This document shows, piece after piece, positions 37,919 to 50,786 of a stretch of DNA of 64,000 nt (within the stretch, counting starts at the first letter, position 1; each line of letters opens with the position of its first letter). The DNA is from Carcharhinus longimanus. Taxonomy: Eukaryota. The stretch spans positions 12,167,988 through 12,231,987 of the forward strand of contig JASCQW010000168.1 in NCBI GenBank assembly GCA_030264375.1, in the 5' to 3' direction. The position numbers were made by a program, and so were the translations under genes. The notes beneath the pieces were generated by a model. The model was not told the origin of the DNA and searched no databases. It was given only the letters and a program-made list of their open reading frames with translations.

Positions 37919-40799
37919 TGGTCTTTTCTCCTTCCTGGTGAGTGAAACTCAGCTGAAACATGGACAATTGATTGCAGAAGATTAGAAAACGTGTCAATGA
38001 CAGAATTCTCTATTACTCTTCTGTTTTTATTGTGTGACCGCACCCACTAAAATAGCAGATCAAGGAATTTGACTACCATATTAATATGACACAAGATAAT
38101 TTTGGAGCTTTTATTTCTGTTTTAGTATGAAAGTTATGGTGCTTATTACCATAATTTAGTTTTGAATTTCAGTTTTACATTTAAGATCTAATTGTGGAAT
38201 ATTTTCTGAATAATTTCATTATCGAGCTGTATAACCACCTGTGCACTTCTCGGCAAATTAATAGACTTTAAAGCTTTGCAAGTTATATGGCACTTAGTAA
38301 CACCTCTGGTCGAACGTTGATGTATAGTTCATGACATACATAGAGTTTGTGGCATATAAACAGGGATACTAGCTGACAGGATTGGATACTCTTCTCACTA
38401 GGATATTCCCTTTGGGATTAAAAATTGTATTGGATACAAGATTGAAAGGTGTGAAGGGTATTGAAAGATTACTTGGCTCAGACTTTGGTGGATTCAGGAA
38501 GATGTGCGAGTCGAGGCCAAAACTACTTCACCCCTTTGCTTTGTAGTGTAACAGTGATTTATATGCAAGTACAGAGTGAATAAACAATATACCTGCTATG
38601 TTTTCCTTTTTTTAAATCAATTCATAGAATCATGTGAACGCGAACAAACTACATGTTCCTATTGTTGGTATTATTTCCAATCAACTTATATGTTCAACTG
38701 TGACATCATGTTTTACACAAGTTACCTTGGGTTTAATGTTGAAAAGATTTTCCAGCTATGATGTGAATATGATACTGTTGTTATCAATTGAAGCATGTTT
38801 TACCAGTGATCTTTATAACTCTTTATAGAAGCTGATGCTTTTATTTTGGTGCAGTTGTCAATCAAATGTTTATTGACTTTGCAGTAATCTGGTATGAAAT
38901 TGGTTAGTGTTTATTAGGTCAATAATAATCGTCACCTTGATGAGAGTTTAAGGGACTCTTGTTTTCAACCAAAGGTCCAATTATGGGTAATATGACAAAG
39001 TTTTTTCCACTTCGATATTATACTTTGGGATTTTACTTTGCTCCAGAAAATTATTCATTCTTAATTTAAAAGATAAGATATGGGTTGGAACAAGGAAGTA
39101 AGCTTTATTGTTATGATTTTTTTTATTAATAACATTGATTTCTTTGTGAGATGTTACATGCTGATTGCAGGAGTATTTTATTTCAACAGTACTCTATATT
39201 TCTTTGTCTGATTACACATGATAAATAACACATTAGTGACATTTAATGCATATATTGAAGTTAAATGGGGTATCTCTTTAAAGTGTTCTTGACACTTTTT
39301 AACCTATGGGCTTAATGGCATTTTTCATTTTATTCTGTAATTTGACTGTCAAAAAGTGCAGGGCTGAGTTTTCTGCAACTGCCTGATTCTAATAGAAATG
39401 GAAAAGAGGATTTTTGTCATCTAGATCATTTTAGTGTCTAAATGAAGTTGCTGCACAAATGAACATTTACAGATTAAAATGCTACTTTTGGAATTTGGAA
39501 AAAAAAATCTCATTTGATTTGAAAATTACTTTGGAGCCATGCTCCATTTCTGCCATTAGTCTAACTGCTAACAGCTAATGAGGAGGTAAAAGGAATAAAT
39601 TAATATGTAATATTTGTTCTTGAATTAATTGGGAAATGTGTGAAGTCTTTGAGATTGCAATGAGATTTTAGAAATAGCTGTGTCTTCAGCATACATCTCA
39701 ACTAATGCATTTTTGTGATAAGAGGTAACAAAAGTTTAATGCTGACACTATAAGCATCACCAGCAATTTTTGAATTAGCATGAATTATATAATTTTGAGT
39801 GCTCAGCATTATATTTCTAGTCCTTGTACAATGACATAATGGATCCTAATATTTTAGAGCTGAATTATACTTGGTGCATAGAGTTCCATTTTTCAGTAAT
39901 CATTGTTCATTGCATTAATAATAATGTAGTTAATCATTTTTGACAAAAATTAAAGTTATTGCTGGTTGTGGAAGTTTTAAATGAGCTAAATGCATTTCAG
40001 TGAGGCCTGCAAGGGCTTACTACCACAGTGCCCTCGGAGGGGAGAGAATGTATGTAAAGGGAACGCAGCCATGTATTTATATACACAATTGTAAAGTATG
40101 ACATAGATAATCTTACAAATTGTTCAGAAAGAATATATTAACAAATATAAATAAATTTTGAAATTGTTCTAATTTTTTTGACTTGCATGAAAAAGTATTA
40201 AATACATAACGAAAATGTATTAATGTTATAAGTAAGCATGCATCTCTTTTGATTCTTCCTCTTAAAGGTGGAAACTTTTTTTGCCATATTTTTCTTCCCT
40301 CCTAATGATATCATAGCGCCTGCTCAGCTACAGACCCACTGTTTCTGGCAGTTATCCAGTACATCTTCCAAGTAATCATTCTTGTGTGGGTCGAGGGCAG
40401 GCTATACCTGTCAATAAGCTATTCAACATGGGAGACATTACAACAGAGTCACATTCTGTCCCTCTCCCTGTTGTCAGTATTCAGCTGTTACCTTTCATAC
40501 TATATCCTAATGGCTACCTTCTTCCTGTGTTCAGCTACATTGTTGTTGTTTTTACCAGAGTGAAAGAAATCTTGACTTTTTCCAATCGTCTTTCTTTTGT
40601 GTACAAATTTTGCATCCACAATTTTTATGATGTTCTTAAAAATATTTTGAAACATTACTTTTGAATGTGCAAATGGGAGAAAATAGGTTGCATGTTGGCT
40701 GAATGCCACGGGGACGAAGTATAATACTTCTAAAAAGTCTTCATTTGCTTTTACAAATAGTTTCAACATTTGAATTCAAGATTGAAACTTAATACAGAC

Positions 40800-41335
40800 A
40801 AGTAACATAGTTATTATGTTACTGGACTAGTAATCCAGAAATGGGAGTTCAAATCTCAAAGCTGTGCTATAGACCTCCATGATTGTGCCCACCATGACAG
40901 TAGATTTAGATTCAGTTAATTAAATAAATCTGGATAATGAAACTCGTACCACTAGTGACCATTTAACTACCAAATTGTCATAAAAACCCATATGATTCAT
41001 GGGTTTCCTTTAGGGAAGGAAATCTGCTGTTCTTACTCAATCCTGGCAGAAATTGTGACTCCAGGTGGAAGTGGTTGACTCTTAACCATCCTTGGTCTAG
41101 AAATCCATTCAATTGCCAAGGTGGTGGCCTGTCACTACCTTTTTAAGTCGTTTGGAAAGGAATTGGATTACATTGCACTTTCGGGAATTTACAATTTGAA
41201 CTGATATGGAATGCAATTTTACAAACATCTGTGAATAAAGTATATTTTTGGTTAACAAAAAGTCACCACCCTCAAGGGCAATTAGGGTTGGGCAATAAAT
41301 GTTCGTCTTGCTCACAACACCATATCTGTGAATGA
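40800..41335 (+). mobile_element. tRNA-derived SINE (family of 29945) with internal insertions
   Basis: ttactggactagtaatccaga...gttcaaatct; aaaacccatatgattca...tttagggaaggaaatctgc; gggcaattagggttgggcaataaatg. Confidence 0.75.
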
Positions 41336-42374
41336 TTGAAACAAGTTCAATTGTTGCACTGGAAAAAAATTCAGAAAAAATTCCCTAGGCTGGATTAAAG
41401 GGATTGTTTTATGAGGAAAAGTTGAGCAGGTTGGACCTGCTGATTCTGAGGGGGCTTATTAAAATGTAAAATTTTACATGATTCCTATATTTGGGATTGT
41501 GTTTTAATATAGGGTAAGTGACCTATTGAGTTCTGCCAACAGCAAACCTGGGTAGTTTGAGTGTTAAACCCTATTGGGGAGTATCTGTTGTTTCACTGGG
41601 AAAAGATGCAAGGTGTTCACACTTGTATACAATGGCAGAAGCATCTGGACTGACAGCGGATAAACATTTAGCCTCCAAAGTCCCGAGAAGGTGATAAGAA
41701 TGTCATGGTTATGCTGTCTGTTTAATTTCAAGATAAAATGGGAGGCGAAAGGATAGCTAATCAATATGTTTGCCTGGATAAAAGGCCCATGCGATTCACA
41801 TTTGAATGGTGGGTGAAGAGGAAACCATGGAAGAATCAGATTCCAACATTCTTCTAAAAGATATCCCTGAATTTCACAGAAAAGTCAGTCTGCTACAATC
41901 CAAGTGAGAGAAAGAGAGAAAGTACAGGCAGAAAATCTCTAAGGTTTGCCACACAGGAACGCCTGTGCTTGGATTGAAAAAAATATTTGTGAGGATTAAA
42001 CATGAGGCTGGAAAATTTATTTAGCTTGATCGTAAGGCAAAATCTCCAAGAAAGCTTTAGTATGAAAAAGAGTTCTGGGGTTAAAAGTTACAAGGCTAGG
42101 AAAGGGAAAAAATGAAAGTAAACTGTCAGGAACTAAGACTCACCTTGGACTGGCTCTGGAACAATTGGATGTCTACTTCAGGATGGTGTAAAATTGAGGA
42201 GTGTGGGGCTATTTGGTTGTGTTAAAAGTAAAAGGGAAAAATTCTGTCATGTAGTATAAAGTAAAAATCATCTACAAAAGCAGTGTTTTGTTCATGTTGC
42301 TTTTAGATTGTTGCAGTAAAAGTTTTAAAACATGAAATCTTGTGGTGTCATCCTTTCAGTTATTCACTGGAAAT

Positions 42375-42745
42375 GTTATTGATCTATGGGGATCATAACA
42401 GATTTGACAGGATAGATGCTGACAGGATATTTCCCATCATGAGTGAATCTGGAACTAAAGGACACAGTTTCAAAATAAGGGATCTCTGGTTGAAGAGATT
42501 TAAGATGAAGGTGAGGAGGATTTTTATATTTTTCAAAGGGTTGTCAATCTCGGAGGCTGGATGATTAAAATATTCAAGGCTAAGTTAGACAGAGTTCTGA
42601 TTTACAAGGAAGCCAAGAGTTATGGGGGCAGGCAGGAAAGTGGAGTTATGGCAGAATCAGATCTGCCATAATCTGATTAAATAGCAGAGCAGGCTTGAGG
42701 GACCAAAGAGTCTACTACTGCCCTACTTCATATGTTCTTATGCTC
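42375..42745 (+). mobile_element. CR1 3' end
   Basis: RFDRIDADRIFPIMSESGTKGHSFKIR...FKMKVRRIF plus a 3' UTR ending tatgttcttatg. Confidence 0.85.
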
Positions 42746-43079
42746 TTAAAATTTTGATCTTTGGATTCCATACCATCAATTCTTATAATCCTTGTTATAG
42801 CATGAAAAATACATTAACTTTGCTCAAGTTACAATACACTGAATAAAATTTTGGATGATACCCACTACTAGTGAGTCATGCTTGGGAATGCTAAAATTAC
42901 AAACTTATGAAAGTATTTGAATGAAATTGTGTACATTTTTAAGAGTGAGCAAATACCAAAATAGGTCAAGTTTTTAAATCAACACGAGCACTTACTGATT
43001 ACTTATACCACATTAATCTATACATATGCATTTCATTGAGCTTGTCAAGAAACTAAGGTGTATTCAGAACATAGGACAA

Positions 43080-45270
43080 AACAAAGTGGCAGGTTTTGTG
43101 GTGGTGGGACTAGAAAGTTTGGAAAGAGGCCAAAAATTGGGAACCCACTGGTGGGAAATAGTTGAGAATTTTCCCCACACCACTTCCATGGCAGGTCAGG
43201 TTTCTTGCTGATCCATGGCAGGAATTCAACTTTCATTCTTTAAAATATCATGAATGCTCATTAAAAACACCACTCGTCAGAACATGTAGTCCTTCTTATT
43301 CTAGTTCCACATCAGTGGGAAATTAGACCGGTCTAAAAGATATTAGGATTTAAGTGGTGTGCGACTGTTGGCCCTCACTTGGCTAGTGACATCAGGGCAA
43401 GTGCAACATGCAAAGCCTACCTGCAACAGTTCCGCTCTGGGTTCTCAGCAATAACAATTACACCACATTGGTGGGGACATAGAGTTGCTGTCCTCACTGA
43501 CTTCCTCAGATCTCCAGGACTGTTTCTTCGCCTGGCTCAGGCAGAGCTGCATGTGAGAGAGACCAGCATTGCTACTGGGATTTTGGGTGGGGAGGGGCAG
43601 TTGTGAGGGAAGATGCAGGCATGAGGGACATGAGTTATTGGGTGTTGGAGATGGATAGGGAGACAATGGCAGGCAGAAAGGATGCCAAGATTGAAGTCTT
43701 GAATGAAGGCACAGAAGGGATGGAATGGAAATAGAAGAGCACAAATTTGATTGGATACATATAAACCCTGTAATACAAGGAGGCCTTGTGTTAGTGTGGC
43801 ACAAGAGTGTAATGCTTGCACAGAGACTCATGGAGGTGGGGGAAGGGAAAAGCTTGTCCATGAGGGACTGGTTGCACAGAGACTCGAGGAGGGAGTGCTG
43901 TTGAAGGGACACTACTGTCAGCAATATAAAAGCAATGGGAGAGATCATGAAAAGCCAGTCATAGTCCCTGATCTAGGACCACGTAGTCATGGTGCAAAGG
44001 TAAAGGCCGTCTCATGGTTTTGCAGGCTATGCATGAAATTCCAGCAAGGACTGTGTGTTCAGTTGAGATAAGGCACATGTTGGTGTGCAGGGTGTGATCA
44101 TGGTTTTACTGTTGCTGGCCGTGGCTTTGTCTAGCTTGTTACTAGACTGAAGGTGGGATGGTCAGGGTTAGGAGAGTCATCTGCAGCCTGTAAAGGGGGA
44201 AAACGTAATCCAAAGGGAATTATTGAAACACCCCTCCAGAGATTGGGGGCTCCTCTGTATATGACCACGCATGCAGCCTTAGGTTGAGGAGAGGTGAGGC
44301 CCACAATGAACATTGAGACATCAACACTTATGGGTTGTGGAGGTGGGAGGGTTGGAATATTGACAGTAATTACTATGGGATCCAGGATTACTGGGGTAGG
44401 CTAGAGACTAACATGATGGAGCTCTACCTGCACTCTGTGGGATTCGAGAAGGATTGGAGGAACAGTGACACTCAGATGGAGAATCGAAGTTGGCCTCATA
44501 TTAAAATATTAACACCACTATCTCATCACCATAAAGTAATGTGCAGGAAGAAATCNNNNNNNNNNNNNNNNNNNNNNNNNNNNNNNNNNNNNNNNNNNNN
44601 NNNNNNNNNNNNNNNNNNNNNNNNNNNNNNNNNNNNNNNNNNNNNNNNNNNNNNNCAAAAGTGGAAAATAATCTGGATGGGAGGGATCAGAGTTAATGTG
44701 GAAGGAGAAAGGAGCACATTTCATGAGGCAGCCTCAACTTATTTGCACTCAAAATAGAAATGATAGATTCCTTTGGAATCATTGTTTATTTTTCTCTTTA
44801 AAGAAAGACTGCATGAGTCACTGGCTTCACAATGCATTTCAGCTTCAAAAGAGAGGTATGTGAAAATGAAAATGAGGACAAGTGTGTAGGAAGCATAATT
44901 ACTGCATATGTGCCAGATCATCAATGAAAGCCTGTAATGTGCTTTATCCAATTGGCCTGGATCACAGGCCAAAAGGCATCCATGCATTGCTGAAGTACTA
45001 GTGATGCATACAAGATAGATTGCAGGAATTCCTTTGGTAAGGTCACACATTTCATTACGTGTCCAAAGCGCGCTCAATTCTGTCAGAGTGAGATGTAAAG
45101 TTAGCATTGTGGGCAGCTAGATATGAGTGTACATCTTAATTGCAAAGCTGTATCAGCAGAAACTTATTAGTGCTAATGCAGTTTTGGGTCTTTTTGTGTG
45201 CGAGTCTACTATATCTGCCCAGTGTTCATTAATCTCTTGCATCTGTCAATCCTCAAGGGAAAGGAGAATT
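43080..45270. mobile_element. Probable remainder of the Harbinger element (second, Myb-like gene region)
   Basis: GC-richer sequence contiguous with the transposase relic. Minus-strand splice-like signals near 44190 and 44425. Protein similarity not established. Confidence 0.4.
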
Positions 45271-46262
45271 GAATAATGGAGCCTGTGGTAAATGCCATCT
45301 GATTGATGGCAATGAGCCAAATGAGGATGAAGAAAAGGTCCAAGTGCCGCCTAGCCCAGCTCCAAGAGGAGCCCCATCCTGAGGTCCGGGGAGCCCAAAC
45401 AACAACAACAGAGTGTGGGGGGGTGTTACACCTATCTCAAGGAGGCAACTTTCACGATAAAGGATGTATCAAAGAGATCTTTCCTGTCTGGAGTTGAGCA
45501 ACAGAGAATGCCATGCCCATCTGTGCTTGTCAAGGGAGCTGGTGGATCACATTTGCCACATTCTGGCAGGAGGATTATGCATTCCATGAACTGGGAAGAT
45601 ATCCCTTGCCAGTATCCCTGAAGGTTATCACCGCACTCAATTTCCTTGCCTGCAGATCATTTCAGGGATCCACAGGGAACCTCTGCGCTATCTCACAGCC
45701 TTCAGCTCACAAATGCCCTCTACTGTAAGCCTCATCATATGTGAATGTCACACTCAATGAAGCCAGCCAGGTTGCTTAATTCCAGCAGTTTGCAAATATC
45801 TTGGACTCCTCTAGAGTATAGGTGCAATCAATTGCACATATTGCATTGAGAGCTCCCCAGCAACAACCCCTGTTCAACAGAAAAGGATTTCGCTCCATCA
45901 AAGTTCTACTGAAGTGTGACCTTCCAAAGCACATGATGTGTGGTTGTGCCAGTTCCCCTGGAAGTTGCCATGACTTGTATATCCCGTGTCATTCCCAGGT
46001 GCCTCACATAATCTGACAGTGAATACAGGGATGATTGCTTAGGGATATGTGGTACTTGTCCAAATGATGGCTCATGACACCAGTGTTTTGTCCTGAATCA
46101 CTCAGAGGAGAGATACAATGAGGCGCATCATCAGCACAATCATCATTGAGCAAACCATTGGTATCTGGAAAATGCACTTCTGATGCTTGGACCACTGGGG
46201 GAGGTGTCTGTGCTATTCTCTAGAGCGGGTGTCCCACATCATTGTTGTGTGTTGCGCCCTTG
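45270..46262 (+). pseudogene. PIF/Harbinger (HARBI1-like) DDE transposase relic
   Basis: Frameshifted motifs PVSLKVITALNFLACRSFQ..GNLCAISQ; GAINCT/HIALRAP; FNRKGFRSI; PGSCHD; G*LLRDMWY; WLMTP; RYNEAH; IIEQTIGIWKMHF*CLD; RVSHIIVVCCAL. Confidence 0.9.
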
Positions 46263-46521
46263 AAGATAAATATTGATCACAGTACTAGGGAGTATTCCCC
46301 TGCTCCCTCTCAAAGTAGCACTGTGGGATCTTTTATGTGAACCTGAGAGAGCAGATGGCACCTCAAAGAAGCATCTCTACCCAAAGGATGGCCCATTCAA
46401 TGGTGCAACTCTCCCTCAGTAAGATGGAGTGTTGGCCTAGATTTTATGCTCAAATCAAAAGATTGGACCTTGAACTGACAACCTTCTGACTTGGAGTGAA
46501 AGTGCCATCAACTGAACCAAA
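46262..46521 (-). mobile_element. Deu-domain SINE (SacSINE1/AmnSINE1-related)
   Basis: gtgggatcttttatgtgaacctgagagagcagatgg...ctccctcagta...gcctagattttatgctcaa...cttgaactgacaaccttctgact...actgaacca matches the recalled DeuSINE core plus tRNA head. Confidence 0.7.
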
Positions 46522-46830
46522 GGGCAGCACAGTGGTTAAAACATAGGAACATGAGAACAAAAGAACTCAGAGCAGGAATAGGCCATCTGGCCCCTCGAGC
46601 CTACTCCGCCATTCAATTAGATCGTGGTTGATTTTTTCATGGACTTAGCTCCATTTACCTGCCGTGTTAGCACTTTTGGTTTACAGTGCCAGAGACCCAG
46701 TTTCAATTCCAGCCTTGGGTGACTGTATGGATCTTCTGCTTGGGTTTCCTCTGGGTACTCTGATTTCCTGCCATAATTCAAAAATGTACAGATTAGGTGG
46801 ATTGGCCATGCTAAATTGCTGTTAGTGTCC
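46522..46830 (+). mobile_element. HE1-like SINE interrupted by a minus-strand CR1 tail (~46540-46665)
   Basis: gggcagcacagtggtta [CR1 tail] gttagcact...cacagtgccagagaccc...ggtggattggccatgctaaattg. Confidence 0.75.
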
Positions 46831-49221
46831 CAAAATGAAGGTTGTCGGTTTTATTATCTTTGCGAATCGGGAAGCATCCCCCTTCTTCCAACTTATCAGC
46901 TGCCTTTAAAACCTTCACCCCTCACCCCCAACTCCTGTCCCCCTCCTAACCTACCCAAACCCTCCCTGTTCTTTGCCTGTAAAGAGTCATTTGGACATCC
47001 TGTGGTTGTGAAAGCTGTTGTATAAATATTCCCCTTTTGTTTGAATTATTCCTGCTAATCTGGATGCAAGTGTGCTGTGAAGACTGGGTGAGGAAAAAAT
47101 GGAAGAAGTATCGCAACCTCTGGGATTAACATTTGGGGAAAATCATCTAAAAGTATAAAATGGTTTTTTGGTCACTTCTTTCTAGTAGCAGTAACTCAAT
47201 AAAAGTTCTTTTGCCATGCAAGTATGAACCAAAAAAAGAGTTCCCTTTACCTTTAATACATTGAAGGTTTTGAAGCAAGATGTTCAGTACAAGTCTAAAA
47301 TTGATTTTGTGAAATCAACTCACCACATCAGTTAAGGACATCAACATGAAAAATGTAATGGAAGATGTAGTGATATTTGTAATACTAAAAAAATCACACC
47401 ATTTCCAGCACGAGTCATGATCTCCTTGATAATACATGGAAAATAGTGATATTGTTCATAAATATTATTTAGTATATACAGATAAAGGTGTGTCCACCGT
47501 CTCCTGGTAGGAATTGATTTTGGGATTTTTTTCCTCCTTTGCCCTAAAATGAATACTTAGCAGAAAGAAGTTGTAACTTCAAACAAAACTTTGCCAGAGA
47601 ATTGAGAATTTAACTCCAGGTTTGATTTACTTCATAATCAAATAGCAGTATGCATTTACCAAAACTGTTATCACTGAAGATTTCTCTAACAGAATGTGTA
47701 ATGTTGCTGTATACATAATGTTGACAGGGTCCTCACTGCTATTTTCATATAATGTCGATAATGTAAATAAGAAATGTTGGGGAGGGGTTAAAACAATGTC
47801 GAACTCATTGGAAAAGAGCCATTGTTTTATTTCCAGTGTAGCTATCTGTAGGCAGTTTCTGCTGTCCTTCTGGATGTTCCTCTTGTATCTCAGATTGGTC
47901 AATTTCTACAGACTAAGTGCTCAAATTGAGCCATTTTGTTCACTTTAAAATAAACCCAGNNNNNNNNNNNNNNNNNNNNNNNNNNNNNNNNNNNNNNNNN
48001 NNNNNNNNNNNNNNNNNNNNNNNNNNNNNNNNNNNNNNNNNNNNNNNNNNNNNNNNNNNCAGGCACATTATGCGTGATTTCTTATTCACCAGCCTGTTCA
48101 CAGGCCCCTTCCCCGGCTGTGTGATTGTAGAATAAAACCTTGTGAGGGCCAGTGTTTTCACTACGTGCATGTCAACTTCAATCTGCTCCGATTTGGTGTG
48201 AAATCTGTGCCATGGTGCAGGGCACGAAGGTCAAACCCTGGTAATTGATGTTGCTTATTCATCTGTTTCCAGTGTCTTTTTCCACACATTGGGTTTTGTT
48301 TGGATAAATTGTTTGAAGATTTACTGTAGTTCTTAAAGCCTGAGAAACAGCACTGGTTAATCCTCAGTGTGGCTCCTGCTGCACAGTTTAAATGTCCCTG
48401 GTAGGCAAGAATCTTAGCCAAGTTGATACATAATGGCATTAGACAAAAGATCTTTTCCAGAAAAGATGTAGAGGACATCTTCTAGCGTAACAATTAGAGC
48501 AATTTTCAAACTAATTTACTATGAAATGAATTTGCAAATCCATTTAAATAATGTTATAACAATGTTAATTGGTTAAAAATATTCCAAAACACTTCTTAAT
48601 GATCAAGTATAAGCTTATTATAAATCACAGCTTAAATTACAAATAATCGTACATCATAAAAACGCATGTCCAAAATTGATGCTTCTGAAGTTGTTTTAAA
48701 AGCTTAATTCATTCTATTTTGGATCATTGCACACTTTAGTGCTGATGATGGGAAATGACACCATGGTGAAAATTAGGTTAATGTAAATTTTTGGAAGGTA
48801 TTAACCTGATAATCCTTTGTGTTCCAGAGAAATCTCCCAACCATATTCTACTTATTGTAATACAAATTTCATTTTATTCCCTTAAAAGTCAGGGCAATTT
48901 TGTGATGCAGAATTATAATCAAACCTTTCAATAATACACTTAATACTGCAAATATTTGAAGCTCATTGCTGTGTAAAGCAGTGTTTGGCCTTTTTAATCG
49001 AACTGGATTTGTATTTCTTTCCTCTTGGACCATAGTCTTTTTAAAGTTTTGAAGAAAATATCAGCAAAATAGATTACATTTTGTGCTATATACGTAAATG
49101 CAAGTTCCAGCAGCTGTCTTTGTCTTTATTTTTAATTATCTTGGTCATATTCTGCTTTTGATATGTGCAGTACTGCTGTTTCAGCCTGGTGGACCTTGCA
49201 CAATGGTTAAACTATAAGGGA

Positions 49222-49462
49222 GGGGTTGCCCCCCGCCCCTCCAAGACCTCTTCCCCCCCCTGCCCCTCCACCGTCGCAGCATGGTCCTCAGTGGCAGGAG
49301 GCAGCCCGCCATTGCTTGATGGCAGGAGCTTCTACTCATGCCGCTGGCAATGGGATTTTCCATAGAATCCACCCCAGGCTACCAGAAAACCTGCGGTGGG
49401 GGGTGCACCGTCAAAAGGACCAGACGATCTTGCCAGCGGAAAAAGACGGAAGATCACCCCAG
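49222..49462. mobile_element. MITE-like non-autonomous DNA transposon
   Basis: GC-rich island with internal self-complementary blocks (ggcaggagcttct.../...agacgatcttgcc; caatgggattttccatag) and a TIR-like end, gaagatcacccc. Confidence 0.55.
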
Positions 49463-49505
49463 TGTTTATAATAAGTGAATGGGGGAGGGGAGGGTTAACC
49501 TTGGG

Positions 49506-49575
49506 ACAGGCTTGTTGTACATACACAAGCATGTATATGTACAGGCTTGTGTATGTACAACATACATAAGCCTGT
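49506..49575. repeat. Short fold-back with a perfect 18-bp stem
   Basis: tgttgtacatacacaagc (49513-49530) pairs with gcttgtgtatgtacaaca (49545-49562). Outer acaggctt pairs with aagcctgt. Confidence 0.85.
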
Positions 49576-50487
49576 ACCTAACCACTTCCCCCTGCCCCCA
49601 AACTCACCCTCATCCCAGTATGAACATTAAGGATTTTGCTGCTGATTCCTCAATGAATACCTGGTAGAATGGTTGACAAAGGAGGAGCATTGTTAAGTGC
49701 TACAATACGTCAATTTAACAGCAAAACTAATTATAGATGGGTATGTCATTTTTTTATGTCGGTAAAGCCAGTGAGTCATTTGGGAGCACAGGCTCAAAGT
49801 AGATCTTTGATGTGGCAATCTTAAAAGTTTTGGATGATTACACAATAAAGAAAACTTTTAATTGAATGGATTGACTGTGGAATAACACTTAATGATGTTG
49901 ACAGTAGTTTGGACTGCTTGACTCTAAAAGGATTAGACTTGCAGGGTCTTGTGAGATTTGCTTTTCAACTACTGATAACCAACATTTAGTCAATCCAAGG
50001 GAATGCAACTTTTTCTTGTGAGCTATTTAAAGTGCTATGTCTAAGTGCCTGTGTTTAAGCAATATTATCATATGGTAAACAATGTTTAATTATTTTGTTA
50101 AGGTTCTCAATGTCTTGTTAAAATTTATTTCCAGAAAACTGCTGGAGAAAAATTAAATTCCTGACCTTATTCATTCTTTAGAGTCATCCTTTTTGACTCC
50201 TTTCCAAAGATAATTCAATCCAAGTTGAAATGCTTTTATGTTTTGGCAGTTGAATTTAAAATGCTATTTACTGTAGCAATACATGAAGGACATGAAATAT
50301 TTTCTTCAACTTTAGTACAGACAGTATGTATCACCTCTGTTTTTGACTGGACAATTTCAAAAATGCTATCCCTTTGAAAGTTTTGGCACTGTTGAACGGA
50401 GCTACAGCTTCAGCATCTTGACAGTATTTTTGTTGTGGTCAAATATAGTGGAATAAATTTAGTTACATGGAGGACAAAGGAAAATAC

Positions 50488-50786
50488 GCTGCCAGAGGAA
50501 GTGGTCGTGACGGGTACAATTACAACATTTAAGAGACATTTGGACAGATATATGAATAGATAAAGTTTAGAGGGATATCGGCCAAACACAGGTGGGACTA
50601 GTCATAGAGATATACAGCATGGAAACAGGCTNNNNNNNNNNNTGTCCATGCTGACCAGTTTCCTAAGCTAAACTAGTCCCACCTGTGTTTGGCCGATATC
50701 CCTCTAAACTTTATCTCTTCATATATCTGTCCAAATGTCTTTTAAATGTTGTAATTGTACCCATCTCGACCACCTCCTCTGGCAGC
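50488..50786. repeat. 114-bp inverted repeat (50488-50601 / 50673-50786)
   Basis: 109/114 identity by manual comparison. The 71-nt spacer contains an 11-N gap. Confidence 0.9.
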
